Assembly: GCA_003344405.1 (NCBI GenBank)
Contig: NOWV01000123.1
Span: 1-64,000 of the forward strand
Reading direction: 5' to 3'
Length of the DNA stretch: 64,000 nucleotides
Source: Trichoplax sp. H2
Taxonomy: Eukaryota
In this document: positions 55,788 to 64,000 of the stretch, piece after piece
How the letters are laid out: each line of letters opens with the position of its first letter
Position numbering within the stretch: the stretch's first letter is position 1
The notes under the pieces: model-generated
Told to the model about the DNA's origin: nothing
The model's input: only the letters and a program-made list of their open reading frames with translations
Databases searched by the model: none
Translations under genes and position numbers: made by a program

Positions 55788-57252
55788 GTCGAATAGCTAT
55801 AGTAATGTAGAATAGGTAAAGTGTGTAAGCTTACCGTGTAACCAGTACAACTAACTAACGAGATAGATGCAAGATTAGCGCTTTTATAATGTAAGAAGCA
55901 CAGCAGGAGGAAATTATTCATAAAGCACGAATAACTATTAGGAACAGTTTAATTCTATATTAGGGTAGTAAGATACAATCAAGCTAGAGTATAAAAGATT
56001 TCCACATTATGAATAGTTAAATTTATATTATATAAATAGGGAATTATGTTACAGTCTATACGGAAATTAACTTTACTAAGAACAGACTATACCGTATTTA
56101 GAAGTATACACTACCGCAGTGATATATAGAGATAATCGTATACCGTATGTAGACAACGTAACATCAGGCAAATGGCTGATTAGCTCTCAATGATAATCAT
56201 CTTAATAACTTTGATCNNNNNNNNNNNNNNNNNNNNGTCGAATAGCTATAGTAATGTAGAATAGGTAAAGTGTGTAAGCTTACCGTGTAACCAGTACAAC
56301 TAACTAACGAGATAGATGCAAGATTAGCGCTTTTATAATGTAAGAAGCACAGCAGGAGGAAATTATTCATAAAGCACGAATAACTATTAGGAACAGTTTA
56401 ATTCTATATTATGACAGGTATACAGTACGACAAATGTTAATACTATCTGTTAAATGAGCACATTATCGTAAACCGTCAGCAAAGCGACGGGAGTTTGCAC
56501 CAGTATTATATAAATAGGGAATTATGTTACAGTCTATACGGAAATTAACTTTACTAAGAACAGACTATACCGTATTTAGAAGTATACACTACCGCAGTGA
56601 TATATAGAGATAATCGTATACCGTATGTAGACAACGTAACATCAGGCAAATGGCTGATTAGCTCTCAATGATAATCATCTTAATAACTTTGATCTACAGT
56701 TGAATTAGATTATTCTTGGCTATATCTAATATTTTATAACTTGCAGTCCGCAGCGCTAAGCAGTTCACTAGTAATATCACTTTATGATGTAGTTACAATC
56801 TCTTAGTACTGCTAATCACGCTTGGATATAGACATAAGCCNNNNNNNNNNNNNNNNNNNNTATTATATAAATAGGGAATTATGTTACAGTCTATACGGAA
56901 ATTAACTTTACTAAGAACAGACTATACCGTATTTAGAAGTATACACTACCGCAGTGATATATAGAGATAATCGTATACCGTATGTAGACAACGTAACATC
57001 AGGCAAATGGCTGATTAGCTCTCAATGATAATCATCTTAATAACTTTGATCATGCTTGGATATTTTTACGGTCTGATTTTAACGTAAAAATAATAAATAT
57101 TACCGTCTACAGTTGAATTAGATTATTCTTGGCTATATCTAATATTTTATAACTTGCAGTCCGCAGCGCTAAGCAGTTCACTAGTAATATCACTTTATGA
57201 TGTAGTTACAATCTCTTAATACTGCTAATCACGCTTGGATATAGACATAAGC
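55788..57252. repeat. Gap-associated repeated blocks (unmerged haplotypes and/or local tandem repeat)
   Basis: A 175-bp block occurs at 55788-55962 and 56237-56411. A 191-bp block occurs at 56026-56216, 56504-56694 and 56861-57051. Gaps at 56217-56236 and 56841-56860. Confidence 0.9.
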
Positions 57253-57531
57253 CAGCAGGTACTTTTACACTTAACAGACCAGAAATTACAGAGCAATTAG
57301 TATTGAATTTATTAAACAATTCAATGCACGAAGAATTTTTCAGTATTTCCTCACAATTTCCTAACTGAGACCGGCTAATAAATATGAAACAGTAAATGCA
57401 GTTCTCGAAATATTTCCACTATTGATATAAATATACACGTATGATGATCCACATGTACTCATATATATGATAAAATTAAGTACAGTAAATACGCTTATCT
57501 TTTATGATAGTCCAAATATGCCGTCTAGCTT

Positions 57532-58081
57532 TGTGATATATACCAATCACGAAATTCCAAATTTTAGAAAAATAAGGGCTTTATTGAATCTTATACAAAG
57601 ATTAACTACACAGCTCTACTCTAGCCGAATACTACTTCTAAAGACTTCTAGAACGAACTAACAGAATAATCTAAAGTTGCATGCTTTTATACTTTCCGTA
57701 GCATTCGCAGCTACAATCCGCATGGCAACCTTTTACCTTATTTTACACATAGTTAAATTATTCTTAGTAAGACTATTCTACTGCGGACCATCATTAATCC
57801 AATATGGATACGACTACAGTACTTACGTAGACATCATTCACACCAGCCAAAGTACAATGAATTAACCATATCCTAATATATGATTTACAGTTCTATTTTT
57901 ACCTATAGCCATATTAGTAACTCAACAGCTTACTGTATATAGTCATCTGTACTCTAGCATAGAGTCTCTACCATTACAGTCTATAGTTACAGCTACCAAA
58001 TATCTCTTAGGATAAATATCTACCGTACATTATGCTACACATGGCTAACAGTCTACAATCACAATACTAAGTTACATTACA
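57532..58081 (-). mobile_element. Solo-LTR-like element, family C (550 bp), presence/absence polymorphic
   Basis: Termini tgtgat...attaca; TSD AGCTT (57527-57531, 58082-58086). The other copy of the locus has a single AGCTT (59117-59121). Minus-strand TATAAAA (57685-57691) and AATAAA (57580-57585). Confidence 0.92.
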
Positions 58082-58557
58082 AGCTTATACTAGTAGTTTT
58101 AAAATAAATTTACATCATATTCTATCACTTTGAAATATCTAGTAAACATGGCTAGTAGTGTTCTAGTTAAAGTCTCATTTTGAATATCATATATCCACTA
58201 GTGCTGTATGCACGTATATCAGCGTATACTAACTGTAGGGTTACTTTCGTTTATCCTCTAACAAAAATAAAAAAAATAGCATCTAATTCACTGTATCTAA
58301 AGCTGCCAAGCTATGATGTACGCGTGAGATGCAAACAGATCAATTTTCATAGTATTTATTACCATACAAACAAAAGATTTGTCCAGTTATATATTACTTT
58401 ACAGGCGATACATTGTATCGGATTACTTTTAATATCATAATAATTCTTCATTTTATTGATACTAGTCATAACAAAATTTCTTTTAACAATCTTTCCTTGT
58501 GTACAACTACCCTAACGCATGCAATAACGTTCTAGATTAAGAACCACGTTTACTGTT

Positions 58558-58912
58558 AGTCACAAACCAGCTTCGTGACAAGGATAACGTAAAAAAAATC
58601 TCTAAATTACTATAGTCTTCCGGAATTCAGTATCCCTTAACTACCTCACAAGAATTTAGACGCCTTTAATTCTACGTTAAACTCAACTAGACAATTGAGA
58701 ACTACTTTATTTAAATATCTGACGGGCTTATATACCCTTCTACAGCAGCTAACATTCACAAGTCATCTTATAAAAATACTTGGGTGAGAACATCTACTAA
58801 CTAGTTTTTCACAGTCGGACTACAATATGTCCATTCACAGAATCATTTCAGTACACATTACAGCACAGCATTAAATTTACTCTAACACATTTATAATTAG
58901 AGTAATTCCTAT
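58558..58912 (-). mobile_element. Family B element, gap-truncated duplicate of the 59593-60035 insertion
   Basis: Same left flank (ctgtt-agtcacaaaccagc) and same sequence as the 59593 copy; runs into the N gap. Confidence 0.85.
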
Positions 58913-59592
58913 NNNNNNNNNNNNNNNNNNNNGTATTTCCTCACAATTTCCTAACTGAGACCGGCTAATAAATATGAAACAGTAAATGCAGTTCTCGAAA
59001 TGTTTCCACTATTGATATAAATATACACGTATGATGATCCACATGTACTCATATATATGATAAAATTAAGTACAGTAAATACGCTTATCTTTTATGACAG
59101 TCCAAATATGCCGTCTAGCTTATACTAGTAGTTTTAAAATAAATTTACATCATATTCTATCACTTTGAAATACCTAGTAAACATGGCTAGTAGTGTTCTA
59201 GTTAAAGTCTCATTTTGAATATCATATATCCACTAGTGCTGTATGCACGTATATCAGCGTATACTAACTGTAGGGTTACTTTCGTTTATCCTCTAACAAA
59301 AATAAAAAAAATAGCATCTAATTCACTGTATCTAAAGCTGCCAAGCTATGATGTACGCGTGAGATGCAAACAGATCAATTTTCATAGTATTTATTACCAT
59401 ACAAACAAAAGATTTGTCCAGTTATATATTACTTTACAGGCGATACATTGTATCGGATTACTTTTAATATCATAATAATTCTTCATTTTATTGATACTAG
59501 TCATAACAAAATTTCTTTTAACAATCTTTCCTTGTGTACAACTACCCTAACGCATGCAATAACGTTCTAGATTAAGAACCACGTTTACTGTT

Positions 59593-60035
59593 AGTCACAA
59601 ACCAGCTTCGTGACAAGGATAACGTAAAAAAAATCTCTAAATTACTATAGTCTTCCGGAATTCAGTATCCCTTAACTACCTCACAAGAATTTAGACGCCT
59701 TTAATTCTACGTTAAACTCAACTAGACAATTGAGAACTACTTTATTTAAATATCTGACGGGCTTATATACCCTTCTACAGCAGCTAACATTCACAAGTCA
59801 TCTTATAAAAATACTTGGGTGAGAACATCTACTAACTAGTTTTTCACAGTCGGACTACAATATGTCCATTCACAGAATCATTTCAGTACACATTACAGCA
59901 CAGCATTAAATTTACTCTAACACATTTATAATTAGAGTAATTCCTATTATAAGTAACTAGTTGTAATATAATATCACTATATTGTATTAACCAAATTTAG
60001 ATATCTATTTCTTCACGGTAGTTCGTACCGTGACA
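59593..60035 (-). mobile_element. Solo-LTR-like element, family B (443 bp)
   Basis: Termini agtcac (terminal T changed to A)...gtgaca; perfect TSD CTGTT (59588-59592, 60036-60040); reverse complement of 31915-32355 with scattered substitutions. Confidence 0.92.
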
Positions 60036-63000
60036 CTGTTACATTCATACACTCCTCCTGAAGCAGCATTAGACCGCTACTGGTGCATTTTCTATCTGCT
60101 ATTCTCGATCTACTAAACGTATGTAATTTTATAGTAGATTATATGCAACACAAACTGAAGCGTACTGGTAATCATGATAAATTCACCGGGGATAGCAACA
60201 GCTTTGCTCCAAATTAATACTTTTGGCCACGCTGCAGGTTATCAAAAGACATATTATTTTACCTAAACTATAAAACACAGCCAATAATCAGTTTACATAA
60301 TTCTGTAATTCAAATATTGTTCTTCAAATATCGTGCTAACGGTTATAAAACGGTATGTTAACAGCTTCAGTAACACGATCTTTATATCTCATTTTCCTAA
60401 ACAACCACAAGATACTCGAACATATTAAATCAATTTATTCTCATATTGAATTACATCGTCATTTATTTAATTTTTTGTATATAAATGCGTATTAATTTTT
60501 GCGCTATACTAAGACGTTAAATAAAAAGAGTTATAAATTTATTTCATCATCGATCTACGCAACCAGTTATGAACAGAAATAATTGAATTCGGGATTACAG
60601 AAAATAGAGTAAAATTCACATCCCCCCTTTTTATTACCTAATATTTAACTAGACATAAACCTCATAATTTCCTTCGTAGTTAAACCTAGCATGTTATACC
60701 GTTTAATTCTCGAAAGACAAGTTTATGTTGATAACGAACTACCACTATCTATTAAAAAAGCGTTTAAGGTGTTTAACTCTGTAATGATTATCAATAGATG
60801 ATAACCGACGTCCCTTACGTATATAACATATATATATATATATTTACACTGTAACAATATTACAGTTCTTTCGAGTTACACAAAATGATATAAATTACTG
60901 GAAAGGATGATGTAATATTGATAATTAAATTATAAGTTATTTTTTCGTTGCATATTCTGTACATGGTGTCATGTAATTATTGCTGCATAAGTTCCTGTCA
61001 ATCGTAATTTTTTATAATACAATTCCGTTGACTGTATATTTGCATCATCTTAATAAATTTACAAGTGCTAATGTATAAGTGATATAAAATACTAATTATT
61101 TCATTACATTATTAGTAAGATTGACGTCAAAGACTAATTAAAGGTATTAATGTTCAATTATGATTGCGTAATTATTTCAAAAATATCCTAGTAAATTTGT
61201 TTGCCGCTATAAATAAGCAGAAATACTTTTATATTGATCTAATATTTGGTCGTTTTCATTTCGTTATTGAACATAATCGCTCTGGCCTTGTTAATCTATG
61301 AATTATAAATCCTGAACTATTTCAACCTTTTCAAAAGTTATTAGTATTAGAATATAAGCGTATGATTCATGATAATACTGTATCAGTTAAAATGTAATTT
61401 AAAAGAAATCATTAATTTTTTTCTATGGCGGTATCGTTATTCATAATAATAGCAAATTATTCGATTTTGATGATTTTTGTAATTTCTTATGTAAGATGCG
61501 GTATTAGAACCTAAATCAGATATTATACTGATAAGTCCTAGTGTACTCAATACTATTTTGATCGTGATACACGTAAGTCTATTTAAGGGAACTAATTAAA
61601 ACATCGTAAATACTTACAAAGTTATTCTGATGATAAAAGAGCTTTTAGAAATAACATGAGTGTAATGTACGTGGGCCTGTGATTTATTCGTCTTCCGAAG
61701 TTATTCGTTGCATTTCAATCTTATTATTACAGTGCCACTGACTGAATAAATTTGTTAGAAATGATCAATATTTATTTATTCTTACGTTATTACATTACGT
61801 AAGGGCATCCCATTTTACGATTGTACTCGTCGTAAAACAGTATTTTCTATTGGCAGTTTGAAATGGCAATCTAAGTAAATATCGGTCTTGATTCCTGAAT
61901 CCATTTTGGGTGATATAACGTCCCTTAATTGCCCAGGAAAAACTCATTCACGAATATTGTACTTTTATTTTATCTCTTTCATTTAGGCTTAGCATATAAA
62001 TAATAAGTAATTGTTCCATAATCTTAATATTTCTCAATTAATAATAGAAAAAATCTAAAATATCTTGCTATAAGCATAACAATTAGCTATTTTATCACTT
62101 ACATCTATCTAAAGATGATCGTATACTAAAATATCGAAGAGAATTATTGTAGGAAACATCTGCTTATTATTAAAGTATAATTGTCTCTTCCTTCTTTTAC
62201 GACTCGTTTTATCATCAATGAATATTATTCTAGATATTAATACTTCTGGTGTACGTGGAAGAAAAGGATTTGCTTTCTAATTCATCAACATTTTCTGCAT
62301 GAACGTTATTGTATTGAGACAGTATTTTATAGATTTTAGCTCATATTTTTTTCCATACACTTCTTATAGGAGTTTTAAATTGAGTAAAATCATTATGATA
62401 AATAAATTACTGGGCTAATATTATTTCATTGCTTTCACCATTATTTCTCAATCTCAAACTTATATCAAGATATGAAATATTTTTTGTTGATAGAAATAAA
62501 TTTATAAATAAACAGTAATAATAAAAGTTATCAAATTTATTATATGCCTTTACTTCTTTTCGATATCAGTAGCATCAATGTTCAGCTATACTGATCAGTA
62601 ACTCTAACAGTAATGTTTATATCATTGATTTATGCCGCTTACTGCTCTAGTATAAAGCTTATTGTCGATTTATTATACAGTTTAGCCTATTAAATGCCAG
62701 TAGTACTCAACCCATTTTAAGTTAAAATTCCTTAAACATAACAATTTGCTCTTACTTTATGTTTTCTAATAGTGTTCCATTTTTACTCTACAATACACTA
62801 AAAATTATTCTTTGAAAGTACCATCTGATGGATAACAGTTAATATTCACAAGTCCTGTTTTATCATTGACGCTATATATTAGATTGAGATATAATTAAGG
62901 TAGATAAGGCATGTATTTTTAAGATAATCGAGAATAGAATATCGCTCCTACAGTAATTTAAGTAAATTTGAAGTTGTAAGAAGTGACAGGGGTCACCAGC

Positions 63001-64000
63001 TCATTGAAATTGGATATGAATTATCGACTGAAAAAAATGTAATTAATTCAGCCATATTTGCGCATTATATTGCAATATCATTGGTACAACAAAATTTTGT
63101 AAATATAGTAGAACTTTCTGTATTTTATTCAAATATCAACCGTAAGCAATTCTTTTTAAATGCAATTTGTATAATTTGTGTACCATATTTCGTTATTGAT
63201 ATTTCTTGTGTCGTCAATAACATTCAAGTTGTTCGGTAAAAGAATTGATTAATGACATGTAATACTGTATAACTGTAGCGTAGTTGTCATGTTAACAGTA
63301 CATAATCTAATGAATAGGCCATGGCCTTTCACCTCTATAAGTTATTTTAATAAATGGCGCATTGCTAGTAGTTACAAAGATTATAAAGTAAATGAACGCT
63401 AGATTTAAGATTAATTGTTTTTTAACAAACCTCTCTTATCATTTACCTACCATTATTACCTTTCCATCGTACCAGGCGTTTTTCTAATTCCAGTCGCAGT
63501 ATCTTACTAATATATCTTCTATGTAATTTCAGATTTTATGAAATTTCTGAGTTTATTTGTAAATTATACCGAATAAACACTTTCGAGAAAAGATTTCGAA
63601 GTATCTTATGTCATTATCAAAATTTTTTAATATAATAACTTGAACATATCACGCCGATTGAGAAGATTTTTCTATTTTATAGAAAAAGTACGCATATGGG
63701 ATTATGTTCATGTATTTCATAGATGAAGTTAATACTAATTCTAAATTATTGAAGCATCGTGAGTCGGCCTAACTGATCATTGACTTCGAGAATAGAATTT
63801 GTTCAACATGATGTTACTAATAGAAGTAATGATAGCAATTGTAATAATATCGACCGATCTAAATTGAAACTAGATTCCAATAAAATCAGTATGTTGCTTT
63901 AATATCATTAAAATGATAAAATAACGGATTGAAAATTCATTTAAAGTTCTCAGCATACGAGTATTAAAGGATTCATTTCATTATACAGTGGTTATTGAAT

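Larger units (their letters stand above)
57343..59947. repeat. Segment duplicated across a gap (57343-58912 vs 58933-59947), most likely two alleles
   Basis: Near-identical sequence on both sides of the gap at 58913-58932, differing by a few substitutions and one 555-bp indel. Confidence 0.9.

Noticed and set aside
58180-59475. Two identical 86-aa ORFs
   Set aside because: They result from the gap-flanking duplication, start at TTG and have no domain or splice support.
55788-59947. CRISPR-like or prokaryotic repeat system
   Set aside because: The repeats are long, adjacent to gaps and lack repeat-spacer periodicity, and the window is spliced eukaryotic DNA.

Overview
AT-rich, intron-rich eukaryotic DNA. 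The overall style suggests a compact early-branching animal such as a placozoan (inference only). It contains four 20-N assembly gaps. I could assemble five protein-coding loci by hand with phase-consistent splice junctions: (1) a 5'-truncated unknown low-complexity protein; (2) an intronless BED-finger/hAT-transposase-derived gene with a degenerate catalytic site; (3) a secreted multi-thioredoxin-fold protein of about 20 exons; (4) head-to-head with it, a divergent kinesin motor spliced to a CCDC78-like coiled-coil tail; (5) a PHF24-like PHD/EF-hand gene. The window also holds several 0.4-0.6 kb TG...CA elements with 5-bp target-site duplications, a TATA box and AATAAA (solo-LTR-like), belonging to at least three families. 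Sequence duplicated across the gaps looks like two haplotypes. It shows one element present in one copy with the empty site in the other, and a probable LTR insertion into one allele of the hAT-derived gene. The last ~21 kb has no recognisable coding gene. All family assignments come from recalled motifs, not from database searches.
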